From contig OZ059899.1 in NCBI GenBank assembly GCA_964057225.1, positions 14,198,001-14,262,000 on the forward strand: a stretch of 64,000 nucleotides of DNA, read 5' to 3'. Of the stretch, positions 11,279 through 25,168 are shown piece by piece (position 1 is the stretch's first letter; each line of letters begins with the position of its first letter). The notes beneath the pieces are model-generated. The model did not search any database, was not told where the DNA came from, and saw only the letters and a program-made list of their open reading frames with translations. Position numbers and translations under genes: made by a program. The stretch comes from Auanema rhodensis. Taxonomy: Eukaryota; Animalia; Nematoda.

Positions 11279-12434
11279 TGCTTTCAGCCTCATATTCTCA
11301 TCTACTTTAAGATTTTTTTGATTCAGTCAAATCAATTATAAGTCCTGAATGGAAAGAGTCAGCTGGTTTAAAGTCCCAAGCTATTTTTTCTTCTTTGTCA
11401 GTTGCCATTTCGCTCTGGCTATTGCTCTATTCTCACACAGGTTTTTTGACATATCTGTTTTCCTCTAAATCACCCTTAAACTCTTATTCTCTCTTAGTTT
11501 TTCTCTCGCTCTCTCTTTATCTCTCTCTCTCTTTCACTTATTGTCTCTGGTATAACTTCACTACTTGGCTCATGGCGTTCTTCTTCTTCATCATTTTCTT
11601 GGTTGTTGGCGTCTGTATCACCTCTTCATAGAAAATTTGTCTTGTTCTATACTTTTCACATTTGGAACATTTTTTTACTTGTTTTGTGGTAAAGATTATA
11701 ATAAACTTGAAAATAAATCAAATATTCCCAATAAGAAGCTCATTCATAGATACATAGTCATGATATTATGTATGGTTTTACACATAATTCACAAATTTAT
11801 GTAAATATTATATTGTTATAAGGTCTTTTCATTGGTTCCAAATCACATGAAAGAAAGAAGGATTAATACTGAAAAAGATACAAAGAGAGAGAGAGAGAGG
11901 GAGAGAGAGAGAGAGAATGAGAGATTGAAGCAAAGGGGAAACGCATGGGGTGGGCTTACATACAACTAACGACAACATCTCATTGACTATTCAGATGATC
12001 ATGTACATCAACTGACCATCTGATGATATTTTCTTCCATCTTCTCTCCTCTTCTGGCTATCTATCTCTCTCTCTCGTTTGACTTCTTCTATATATCTCCA
12101 TTTTGCTTGTCAAGTAGATCCTGTTCAACCTTTGCTCTACAGCAATGATGAATTCATTCACTTTTGACCAATACTGTCTGAAATTTATTCTTATGTAGAT
12201 ATCCGTTAAATATTCTTTGTCTATCTCATACTCCATTGGCAAACCATATTCTCTCTTTATCTACTAATCTCTTTTCTTTCTTCTTCTCTCTCTAGTCTTG
12301 CTCTATCTCCGATCCTCCCTGTGTCACTGTTTCCTTTTATTTCAGTTGAAAGATCTGTCGTTTTGCTAGTATGGGTAAGGACAACACAATGCTCAGTTGG
12401 AAAGGAGAAAGAAAGCGGGAAAATACAAGAGAGG

Positions 12435-12487
<53 letters not shown>

Positions 12488-13581
12488 AGAATGATAGAAG
12501 AAAAAAGAAGAAGAGAGAAAGAGAGAACCCATTGGTCCATATACCCATTCGATCAGGCTACCATCTGGCGAATAGGCTCACCCTCTGTTTCCCACCCGGA
12601 CCCCTTCCTTAGTCTCTCTTCTGTGCTTCTCAATTCTATTTGTCTTCTGTCTCTTGTCTTCTGGCAGCACACACACGCGCATACACTTCATGAACACTCA
12701 ATCTAATGATAGAAATAATATGAAGAAACAGATTACTTCTTCCTGAAATTCGACTGCTCCTCCTCCAGCTCTTGTGCACAGCCTTTGTCCCTATCTCAAC
12801 CTCGCTAGTCTAACGCCCGGGTCAGCAGTACCCAATCCGAGCTGTCGCTCTCGCCACGATACTCATCACGCATCTCATGCTTGCAGGTTTGTTTCTAGCG
12901 TTCACGCATCATGAGTTCAAGCAGTAAAACCTGAATTTTCCAAAAAAATGCAATAAAATGATTTCTTTAAATCTGTTATTTCAGGCTTTAAAGCTTTTCA
13001 ATTAATTCAATTCATGACCTCTTATGATGACTGCTGATGCTAATCATCATCATGCTGACCATTTTGTCAATAGCTCTCTTGATTGTTTCCTTTTCAGCAT
13101 TGCTCACATACTGTTTATCGTCACTTCATCTAATTTTGAAGTTATTTCATCACAATATATTTATTTAACTAATTTTATACTATACTATACTATATTAATT
13201 ATATTTTATTTTATATATTTATCAATTTCGAATATCAAATCATGTTTTGAAGTAGAAATAGTAGTAGTAGCAGTAATACTAATTTGAATCATCAAAGCTT
13301 TTCCAATGTTTATGAAATCAATATTATTATTGTTTTTTTATATTAATTATATGTATTTTTGTAATTTTTTCAAATAATCAATGAGAATTACATAAGATTT
13401 ATTGTTTCTTTCTTTACTCTTCACTGAATTTTCATCTTTTACTTCATTACTTCAATTTGATTAAGACGAAAAGCTAAAAGAAGTTTTTTTTCAAATAGAA
13501 GCGAGAGATCAGAAGCGAAATGTACTTCTTTGAGGTTTTTGCCATATACGTGAAGAATACTAATGTCCCTCCATATATTCT

Positions 13582-13617
<36 letters not shown>

Positions 13618-14456
13618 ATATCTTTGTCGCACATTATGCTCAAGTGAAGCGTATCTTCTTACTTTACTCTCTTTAAATCCAAATGGAATGAAAGTTTGTG
13701 GAAGAAGGAGATAATAGCAGAGAGAAAGAGAAAAGTTCGTCAAAGTTGTCAGCCATTACCAGCATTAAGCTTGTTGTTCCGTCATCAAGACGATTCCATT
13801 TATGGTTCAGCTGGCTCTGAAATTCTCTCGAAGAGAAGCAGTAAGGCTCATACAAGCTATATCTTGAGCACCCATTCAACATCTCTATCACTAAACTTGA
13901 GTGTTTCTCGTTGCAAATTCTAAAAAAAATTAAAAATCTTAAAAATTTTTTAAGAAATTACGAAAAATTTCTGGAACAAATCCTAAAAAAAAAGACAAAA
14001 CAGTGTTGTTCATTGATCTTCGAACACTTTTCTTTTCACAAAATGTATGCAAATATACGTTTATAAGGCAATTGAATCAAGCTTCAAGTGAAGAGAAGAA
14101 GAACTTTTGAGGAATTTAAGGAACAACGAGAGATCAGACAAAAAGAGATGAAGAACTTTGAGAAAGAGAGAAGTAGAAGACCTAGAGTGATGATCATGGG
14201 CTAAAGAAAAATGAATTGTAAAGAGAAAATAAGTAAAAGGGATAAGATCAATGAGAAGTTGCTTGAATCTAAAGAGAAATAAAGAGAAAAAGGAAAATAA
14301 TGAGAGAGGGACAAAGATGGCAACAGTGTTTGAAAACGGAAGAGAAGCAAGAGAGTAGTTATGATGTTAGAAGTTGACACATTCACATACAAATGACAGA
14401 AAGTGAGTTTTTAATATGTTAAAGGATTGAAAGAATACTAAGAGAGAGTGAAAAAG

Positions 14457-14459
<3 letters not shown>

Positions 14460-14522
<63 letters not shown>
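14460..14522. repeat. (GA)n microsatellite
   Basis: About 31 perfect units. Confidence 0.95.
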
Positions 14523-14523
<1 letters not shown>

Positions 14524-14970
14524 AATACAAGAAAAGATATAGCGGCGACGACCTCTTCTGAGAAGCGGTTGCAGTTGCATTTGAATGATGGATGACTATA
14601 TTTAGGGTCTTCATCATTACTCTCTTTCTCTTTTACCCTTTGTGGTATATTTTGTTTTTACAATTCTTTACCCTCTCTGAATCATTGGTGATCCATACCA
14701 AGTAAAGACGTAGCATTCTATTTTAAGCTTCGTTGACCTTTTGCAACATGAAAAATGGTTTTAAACAAGGGAAAATATTGTTTTTCTATAAAATAAAAAT
14801 GAAGTGAAATCAATAGAAAAAGAAAATAAACAAATCACAGAAAGAAAGAAAGTGGTAGGGGATCTTCAGATGATCATCACATCAATACCTTCAATCCAAT
14901 GATTTAAACTCTTTATGGGTACATCTTCGATTCATTTCCCTTCTCTCCTCCTCTCTCTATCTTTCTAGGT

Positions 14971-15034
<64 letters not shown>

Positions 15035-16951
15035 GTCTTTGTCTCTCTTTTTCGCTCTACCAGGGGACAGTATAGGAAATTTTCAGATTTACTTCAAACT
15101 TTTCAGTCATTTTTTTCTTCAATTTTCGCCTCTTCATTTCTGATTCTTCATCTCGTTTGCTCTATTTTTGTCCCTGAAAACGAGAAAAGCCGTTCGTTAT
15201 ATCATCGTTATAAAACTCTCACTATCTTGCCTTCACTTTCACTCTCTGCTCATGACCATCCCTCTTTCTTTACCATTTTTCTTTTTTTGTCTTTTTTCCT
15301 TTTCCACTAACTTTCATCTCTGGTAAGCTATGTTTATCCAATAACTTTTATCCAAAACTGACTCATTGAGCACAGTTTTGAAGTTTTTATGTGTGTATCA
15401 TCCAACATATGTATATTATAATAACTATAATTATTATAAATCTCATTCTCTCTCTCTCATTCTCCCTCTCTCTCCCTCTCTCTCTTTCTCTCTTACTTCT
15501 TCACATCAAATAGCTTTTATCAAGTATTTCACTGTTCATTGAAGCGCGATTTATATGTATTTTTTTGTGAAAATTCTATTCCATTTCGTATAGTTTACCA
15601 TTTTTTGAAGTAGTTCAAGATAATATTTTTTCATGATGTTGTTCCATCAAATTTTCATTGAAATGTTTAAAAATGAGACTTAAGAATGGTAGAGATAATG
15701 TGAATTGTTCGAGTATATAAGAGAGGTGAGAGACAGAGGATAGGAGAGATAGTTAGAGAGAAAAACATGAAAAAAAATCTGCAAAATCTAAATAAAGCAC
15801 CAGAATGAGCCAAAATCTGGCAAGCTTAGTTAGATTTTAATGACATTTTATCAAAATCTCTTATCTGAGCTTTGGATAGCAATTTTTGGACTTGAAAATA
15901 AAAGAAAGAGAAAACTAGAGAGAAAGTGACAGAGGGCGATAGGGAGAGCAAGAACTAGAGAGTTGAAGTAACATCAATGCAACAATTTTACATATCCTTT
16001 TAACTATGTACATATTGTTTTAATAATTATAGCATTTTTCTTAAATACTGTAATTTGCATACCAACTTGAAAATTGAAAACTGCAAGCTTGTTGACAGGG
16101 CATGGATCAAACTTGAAGCTAGAGGGAGAGTAGTGAGGTATGATGATGCAGAAACAAGCAGTAAGAAGATCTGTCGACTGACCGACAACTGAAATGAAGT
16201 TAAAGTTGAAATAACCATCCTCAAATTTCAGTTTTTTTTTGTTTCCGTCACCTCCCTCCTCTCCCTCTCTAGCTTTAGTCCCCTCTTATTCTCTTCGTTC
16301 CAAAAAAAAAACGATTTTCTCTGTTTATCCTTCTTCAAACCATATAGATTTTTTTTTTCTCTATATTTCTAATAATTTTTCAACATCAATATAGTTAATA
16401 TAGTAAATAATATTTATATTTACTGCATTTAAGTTATTCTTCGAACTGGTTGTCTGCTGCCGGTTCCGTCCTGATACTTCGGTCATCTTCATCATCCGTT
16501 TTTTATTTTTTTTGATGGCTTAAAAGGAAAAAAAATCCGTTTCAGTTGACTTTTTGTCGTCAAGAACGACATGGAATTAATCCCTTTTTTGGTGACTAAA
16601 CGAGCTATTCAAAATAGCCGTTAATCCTTCATCTTTCTATGTGTTTTCTTCTCAACTAGCTTCTTCTTCGCCTTCTTCTTTTTCTCTTGCGTCGTCTTCA
16701 TCATCTTTTTATTCTTCTTCTTCTTATTCTGCTGCTGATTCTGTTAGTGATGACGTTGAGATAGATGGCACACTCTCACTTTTTGAGTTTTCATCTTTCT
16801 CTCTGCTTATTTTTATTTTTTGAACTCTCTCTCTCTCATTCTCTCAATCTCTCTAAAAACTGTTTTTTCTTCAACCTTTCACTTAGTGTGAAAATCGCTG
16901 CTCATGTTTCCTTTTCAAATTTACCCCCGTTTCTCTCTCTTCTCTCATCCC

Positions 16952-17016
<65 letters not shown>

Positions 17017-17281
17017 AAAGTGTCTCTCTCTTTCAGATTGGTCTGTACATTTTTATTCCTTAGTTTTATATGTGTCCCTAAAAATGCCAATATAAATCAG
17101 TCTCTCCTAAGACGCACTTTCCCTCTTCTTCCAACTCTTTCCCTTTTTGCCATTTTTTAAGACTTTCTGTTTCGTTTCGCTTACATTAAAAAAGTTTTTT
17201 CATTGTCTTTTTGAGAAAAAAAAATGAAATTTTTGCAAAACTCAATGCCAAGATGTTGAAGTATCTTTCATGTTGAGTTGA

Positions 17282-17366
17282 AAAGTAGAGAGTCAGAGGT
17301 AAACGAGCGGATAAGTTAAGTTGATATCTAACATAACATGTTCGTTTACCTTTGACTTTCAACTTT
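17282..17366 (+). ncRNA. Candidate structured RNA / pre-miRNA-like hairpin
   Basis: 17282-17308 AAAGTAGAGAGTCAGAGGTAAACGAGC pairs with 17340-17366 GTTCGTTTACCTTTGACTTTCAACTTT: 27 positions, of which 23 are Watson-Crick, 3 are G-U and 1 is a mismatch. It does not match any miRNA I recognise. Confidence 0.35.
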
Positions 17367-20300
17367 AAATAATTATTTTATACTTAAATAATCAATATAC
17401 ATACTGAATTGGCTAATAAGCTCAAGAGATCAAGTATAAGCATGACGAAGCATTTGCGAACTCTATCATATGCTTGATGAAGAGCAAAAAAAAGATTATT
17501 TGAGATGGGATGAATGAAATCAATTTTTTGATCGTTTAACTATTTCACATGGATGAATTTACTATTTCTATCTATCTATATATACATATATATCCTTTTA
17601 CGGCAATCCGTATGAACAACAAGAGGAATATGTCCACCCCCTGTGGCGGTTCCGTCATGTCCCTTGTGGCCACCTGTCAAGCTTGCTCTCTTCTCTATCT
17701 CTCTAGGTCTCTCCACCATTTCTCACAATCTCTTTGATTTTTTTCTTTTTGACTCATTTTTTCCTCATTTTCTTTGATTTCTTGAGATATAAGAAGAGTT
17801 ATTTCGAGCATAGATAAGATATTCAGTGACTGAGCAAGCTATCAACCATAACAAGCAACACATCATCTTTGCCTTATTTCGTTAACTCGATTGGATAATA
17901 ATATTAATTATGAAAACAGAAAAAAAACCTTCAAAAAGAACTGTACCCCAATCTCTCTTCGTCGTAATCCTACCCTGGTACTAGCTTTATTGCCCTCTCT
18001 TCCCTCCTCCCTCTGAATTACCTTGAGAGTTCATCCCAAATCAAAAGGTTTTCTCTTTCATTTCACATATATATTTCATATTCGAAATGATTTATTTTCA
18101 TACATTTATTTCTTTAAAATGACCATCATCTGGCATTTCTCCCAATCTTCTACACTATTTATCTTTTTTTTTCTTTTTTTTGCAATAGTTTTCCATTTTC
18201 TAACATTTTCTTCTTTTAAATTTTTAAAAAAATTATATTTTTTAATGCAACCATTCATGTATCATCTTATATTATCATATAATATTGCTTTCAAACATTT
18301 CAACATTGTATTCCATATACGTGTTGTACTCCATATCACTCACTTCCATACAGCAGATCCCCACAACCATTTTTCTCAAAGTTTTTATCAAGTTTTAACG
18401 TTCTTTTTCCTCATTTTCAGATTTCAATTTTATAATAATTTGAAATGAAAATGTTTTCTATTGGTATTCTGACCCTAGTTTCTTCTATTTGACTAAAACC
18501 ACTACTTTCACTACTAGTACTACTACTACTACAACAACTATTACTGCTACTACTACTCATATTTTCCTTTTTTTTTCTCTTCTGTAATAAATATTTGATG
18601 TATATCATTTTTTCTAATTCAACTTTTGAAGATTTAATTCTGCTTTCTGTCTTTTTCTTTTTCTTCAATTAATCATTAATTCTCTTATTCTGAACAGTTA
18701 TCAACCATTTTTGCATCTTTCATCATGATTCTAGTATATTCATATTGACCAGAACTTGAAGTTTTATCTTATTTTCTTTTAAAAATTCTAAGTTCTAATG
18801 TATGGATATAACTGCTTATCCTCTCTCATAATATCTTCCTGCATTCCTCTCCCCCCCTCCTCTTCCCATCTTTCTCTCTATATCTCGTTCTCCTTCTCTT
18901 TAATAATCTCTCTATATTTGAAGCATTTCTTCAGCCTTACTGTCAGACTTTCGATATAATATTCTCATCCATTGTTTACGATTTTTTCATCTTAAGCTTT
19001 AATATTTTCCATTTGAGGCTACTTTTTTACTCACCCGGATCATTTTCCAGTTCATCTATTCTATTATATCATGTATAATCTATTATTTTCAGTTCGTGCA
19101 TTTCCCTTCCTTTCTCTCTCTCTCTCTCTCCCTCTCTCTCTCTTTCCCTCTCTCTTTATTCATTCAACTTCTTTCTCCATTTATCTCTTTTCTCATAGAC
19201 AATGACAAACATCTTCTATTTTATTTCAACTTCATCATATTCCTATTATTTCAACTTCAAACATGTTGCATTTGTGTTATTACATTCACGTAAATATCAC
19301 GTCATTTCGTTTACGTGTACTTATTTCTTTAAATAACATGTGTACAGAGCGGTTGTTCTTTATTTTGTTTCCAAAATAATTCTAAAATATCTATTATTTT
19401 TATTTTAAATTGTGAAAACAGTTCAATATTTCATATTTCTATCCTTGACCATATCATTATTAATTTTTATTTTTAAATTATTATAAATAGAAACTTGAAT
19501 TATTAAGAATCTAGTACAAAATTAGTATTTTAAAGTCTTACAAATCATAAATCTAGAATGTGTCAAACAATTAAAGTTGCTAAGCAATACATTTTCTTTT
19601 CAAAAGACCTACCTTGTCATAAAGCTGGGATAACATTCTGAAGAGACACAGTGAAACAGAGATCTAGAGAGAGAATGAAGATATGGTAATAGTCGTAGAC
19701 AGCAGAGAATCAAATTGAAAAAGGAGGATGAGCTTCTGAGAGAGCAAATGGAAATCACATTCATTCTCTCTTTCTGTTCAGCATTTTCATGATTCCACTG
19801 AGTCTACCTTATCCTTTCGCTCGTCTTTCAGATTCCGTCTTTCCTCTATTCCGTCGCTATCTCACTTTTCATATCTCTTTCACGCATTATGATTTCGATT
19901 ACTATTCTCTATTTTTTATTCCTGACAAGGCTATGCTTAGGAAACTTAAGCTCACTAAAATTTTTTTTATTCCGGTCATCAGTTGCAGAGAAATTCGATA
20001 TGATCTAACGCTCGCTGACGAAGGTTGTCAAGACCTCCTGCAGCCTATTTAAACTTTTTAAAGCGTTTCTGGTGAGGAAGAGAGAGAGAGAGAGAGAGAG
20101 AGAGACTAGTAGGTAAGCTCATCTTCTTTTTCTTCAATTCATTACCTGATATCATCATTTCAATGCAATCCATATTTTTCAAATTTCACTTGAACATTGG
20201 CTTTAAGCTTTCAAGCTTTAATCAAATAGTAATTGATACTATCGATGAAGTAAGATATATAACATATAGTATATACATAATACAGAAAAAGCAAAGATAT

Positions 20301-20462
20301 CTAATACGATTATAAATAGAAATTATAGAATAAATTGAAGTATGCTCTTATACATCCCCTTCTTCTTCCATTCCTTGATATCGTTCTTCATGTGTCTCTC
20401 CTAATGTCCTCAATCCCACCTTCTGAACCTCTTTCCTTTTCTTTTCGTTTCTCCCTCTTCTT

Positions 20463-20523
<61 letters not shown>

Positions 20524-21021
20524 ATTCTCTCTTTCTTCTTCTTCTTCTTCTAAACAACTAGTACTACTTAATATTACCATTAGTTCTACTAGTACTACTA
20601 ACTAATGCTTCATCGACTCCTCTCTAGTCTCTTTAAATTACATAAATTCGAGTTCTAATATCCTGAGTCAATAGAAAGATCAAATGACACACATCCAATT
20701 TTTTTCAAGTTTCTTCTATCAAGTTATATACCGGAATTTTTCTATGTTTCCAGGTAAAATTTGTTTTTTTTTCTTCTTAAAATTAAATAATATACTTTAG
20801 TAACTTGTATACCTATGTATGTACGCTTGTGCATTTACATACACACACACATGTATCTTGTGTGTGTGTGTGTCTGTGTGTACATACGAGTATCAACTAC
20901 ACATTCAACATCCAAAATTCTTTTTTTTTCTCATATTCTAATGAAACATTCATAATCATATGTACTATATATAAATTTATTATTATGCTAATTATAATAT
21001 ATATATATATATAAGGAAAGA

Positions 21022-21053
21022 GGGGGGGGGGGGAGGGAGGGAGAGAGGGAGGG
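21022..21053 (+). other. G-tract / potential G-quadruplex
   Basis: G12-A-GGG-A-GGG-AGAGA-GGG-A-GGG fits the G3+N1-7 x4 pattern. Confidence 0.6.
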
Positions 21054-21286
21054 AAAGAGAGAGAGAGGGAAAGAGAGAGGGAGAGAGGGAGAGAGGGAGA
21101 GAGAGAAAGAATATGTATATATATATAACAAGCTAGTCAATGTTATCATCTAAGCTTTTTTGAATGACGGATAAAAAGCAAAAAAAGCAAATTTTATCAA
21201 TCAACCATCAGTTTTTCTTTATGATAACTCTGTTCAATAATCTTCTCTTCTTCTCTCTCTCTTGCTCTTGCTCTCTTTCTCGTCTT

Positions 21287-21332
<46 letters not shown>

Positions 21333-23869
21333 TTCCATATTCACAAAAAATAGTTTTTTAAGCGTTTTCATTCAATTTTGATTAAATTTTCTCATCATAA
21401 TAACGTAACTTTGACCATATGTATAAGTAAGAGCTTATTCATTTGATACTAATGAACATCTCCTGAAGACTGACTGACTTCTATCACACATTCATTTACA
21501 ATATAAAAAAAGATTTTCAGGCATTTATCTCTCTGACCACCTAGGCTTGTCTCTCTCTCTCTCTCTCAGTCATCTATTTTCTATCTCATCCTTTTGTGTG
21601 TTGTTTTCTTATAAAATAACTGTATATCTATTCCTCAAAACAGAATATAACCTTAGCTTAAAGGTTTGTTGTAAATTTTTCCATAAAAATGACACAAGAG
21701 AAGTATGTTGTGGAATCGTTGTAATCGTCCATCATCATCAGCTGCTTGCTCTTTTCTCCATTACATACATGTATGAACAGATGGATTCATATACATACAT
21801 GTATCTAGTTAGTCTGTAGAAAAAAAAATAAAAAAAACTCAAAATCGATTTGGTAGTTGTTGATGTTGAGTCTAAATTGATTATGTACTAGTTGAAGTAG
21901 AAGCTTCAAACAGAGTCTTTTGAGAGAGCGAGTAACTGGAAGTCATACAGAGAGACAGTGAAAGAGAACGAGAGAAATGACGAATTGTTGAAGCTTGTTA
22001 CATAACCTTCAGACAATACGTTTTGAATATCAATGAGCAGAAGAAAATATTCCGTCCCTACGATGGTTTTTTCAATTTCAATAGGATTTTCTCTGCTCGC
22101 TCATTCAAATTGGTCTTATACTGCAGCTATAAGCATAATCTTCTGTCTTTACCTTTCACTCAAAATCAAACTGAAAACCTTGATTTAAACAACTTTCCCT
22201 ACTGGTAGTTTACATGTTTATCTGGTTCTCTCTCTCTCTCTCTCTCTCTCGTAAGCTTTCCCTTCTCTCAATCTATGCTTGTCTTTCGACGTTTTTATTT
22301 TTCTCTTCTCCCTCTTCCTCATGTCTCCTTTTTGGCGTTCTGAACATAAAAAAATTATTTAAATATTTAATTTTGTTTGAATTGATCCTTTAAAATTTTT
22401 TATTTTTTTTCTATATCCTAACTGAAAGACGAAAAGTCCATCCTATTCAAGCTAGCTAACTTGACTTTTGCTTCGTCATGTCGTCAGCTCAGCGTGGCTT
22501 GTCGGCAAACCACAGCCTGACATCCTCATACCGCCATATTCTTTGATTGTGAAATTGATTACTCGTTTTTTCATCTATTGTTCAGTAGTGTCATCTGTAC
22601 AAACTATTCTGCACTTTTGTGCTCGGCTCTGTCAAAGCTAAGGAAGAACATTCACTAGACTTCAACAGATTCTTTAACACATCATCGAACGATATTTCGA
22701 TAATGAGGGATTGTTAATCATCAAATGTTTCTCTTTTTGCTGCTCGTCCATGATGATCTCTGAAAGCCATGTCATGCCACTCTTCGAATAAGAGCATGCC
22801 ACTGCTACTGCTACTGCTTCTGTTTCTGCTTCTGCTTCTGCTTCTGCTGTTGCTGCTCCAACTACGTAGTCGCTGGTCTGCTAGCTTGGACAACGACGAC
22901 CAGCCAAGACAACGTTCGTCCTAGACTTATCTCCATAGCCGTGAATGTCTCCGACGTCTATTCTTCCGTGTAAAATCTTATTATCTCAATCCACAACAAC
23001 ATTTTCTTCAATTGCCCCTCTTTATTTTTCTTTTAACATTTCTCTTTGCTTTGCAATTTTTATAGTTAACTATATATATATATATATATAGATATAGATA
23101 TATCTTACGTAATGTATGTATGTATATCCATTTATATATAGTAAATCTATATTATATGCTATAGATTATTTCTTTCCTCTTCTATATTCTCTCTCCTTCC
23201 CTTCCCTCCTCTCCCACCCACCATTCTATCAACACTTCTCTCTATCTGATCGATTAATTAGCATAAAAGCATCACGTAACCATAAATGCATAGTTACAAT
23301 AATCATACACTGATGACAATCATAATGAACAAACTATTCAAATTCAATCAATTTTACGTGACATTTTTCACGTGAAATATATATATCTATCTATTTATGC
23401 TAATTATATGTATCTCATTTTAATTATAAAAAAAAGGATGAATGGTTGCTATTAATGATCATGTGCCTACATTTGATTCAATCATGCTATTTCTTTTTTC
23501 CAAGCCACTTCTCTTTCTCTGACTTATTCACCTTCTATCCCTCTCTTCTCTTCCTTTTTTACTTTTTATCTGTACATAAGCTTTGATTTCTTATTCATCT
23601 CTTTTCACACATATATACCTTTAAACACTCAAATGCTTCATGTTGTATGTATCTGCGATGACTTAATTTATGTCTTTAATGGCTTTTCCTTATTTGATAT
23701 TTATCGCAATATATTCAATATTTATTTATATTATATAAATATATACATAACTATATATACTTATTATTATTATATTAATTATATTTAAATATGCAATATT
23801 TTTTTTTGGATTTCTACTTCATATAAATCTCCATCTTTCTCTTTCTCTCTCTTTCTCTCTCTTTCTTTA

Positions 23870-23909
<40 letters not shown>

Positions 23910-24026
23910 GTTCAACGACTAACCTTTCACCTTTTACCTCTCAATTGCTTTCACACATCATTCATATATCCATATTCACATTATTGCCTACCTCTCTGTC
24001 TCTCTCTGTCTATTTCTCTCTCTCTA

Positions 24027-24080
<54 letters not shown>

Positions 24081-24254
24081 GGTTTCTCTCTTGCTCCTTC
24101 CACTATCTTTCTTAAATCTATATTCCTCACACCTTCTTTTGTTCAAAAAATTATTTGCCACCTCCATTCTTCAATATTTATTTCTAAGATCAGTTTTTAT
24201 TTATTTTTTTTCATATCGTTAGATCAATGTTATCTATTCACCTTAATCCTGAAT

Positions 24255-24301
<47 letters not shown>

Positions 24302-25086
24302 TCTCTCTCTATCCATTACTTACTTATTCATCTATACTTTCTATCCAAATTCTCTAAAAACTTTGAGCCGTAATTTGATTGTTTCCTCTCTTCCTGTCTA
24401 CTTACCTCGATTTTTTTAGATAACAAAAGGTTCTCAACGAACTTGCTGTTATGTGTCTTCTTTCATTCACCCCCTCTCTCCTCCCAGCTACTTACTCTCT
24501 TCATTCATTCAGCTTTAGAACTTTCTGAATCAAAAGTTCATACAAGTAGAAAGAATAGTTTTATCTTAATTTCCCAAATAATTCTCTTATATTTCGACTG
24601 TTTATACTATATGTGATATACGGATGAAGCAGAGAGATAAGATATACGATTATCTTTTCTTCTCAAACTATCACTTAAAACTAATTATTTTATTATTTAA
24701 ATTCTTTGTTTTATGCTCTCACTACATGTAACTATAACTAACTATGCGTAGTATACGAACTCCCGTCCCTCCTCTTTGGTCCTCCCTCACCTCCTCCTCC
24801 TCCTGCTAGACACACGTTGAGAATACGGATATCCGTCTGTGAAAATTTTTCATTTTCTATCCAATGTTTTAGTAACTTTTTATATATTTTTTCATATTTT
24901 AAGTATATATATACATGTTAGATATAGTTTATTTAATTTTATAGTAAACCATACATCACCAATTCAGGTTAATGGAAATAGCAGGTCGAGCATATCCGTT
25001 CAACCTTCTCTCCCAATACTCATCCAGCTGGTAGAAAAAGAGCAAAAAAAGAAAGAGGAGTTTTAACATCTCTCTCTCTCTTTCTT

Positions 25087-25090
<4 letters not shown>

Positions 25091-25161
<71 letters not shown>
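25091..25161. repeat. (CT)n microsatellite
   Basis: About 35 perfect units. Confidence 0.95.

Positions 25162-25168
<7 letters not shown>

Noticed and set aside
17624-17640. CTCF-like word (reverse complement GCCACAGGGGGTGG)
   Set aside because: Partial match only, and CTCF is reported lost in C. elegans-like nematodes.
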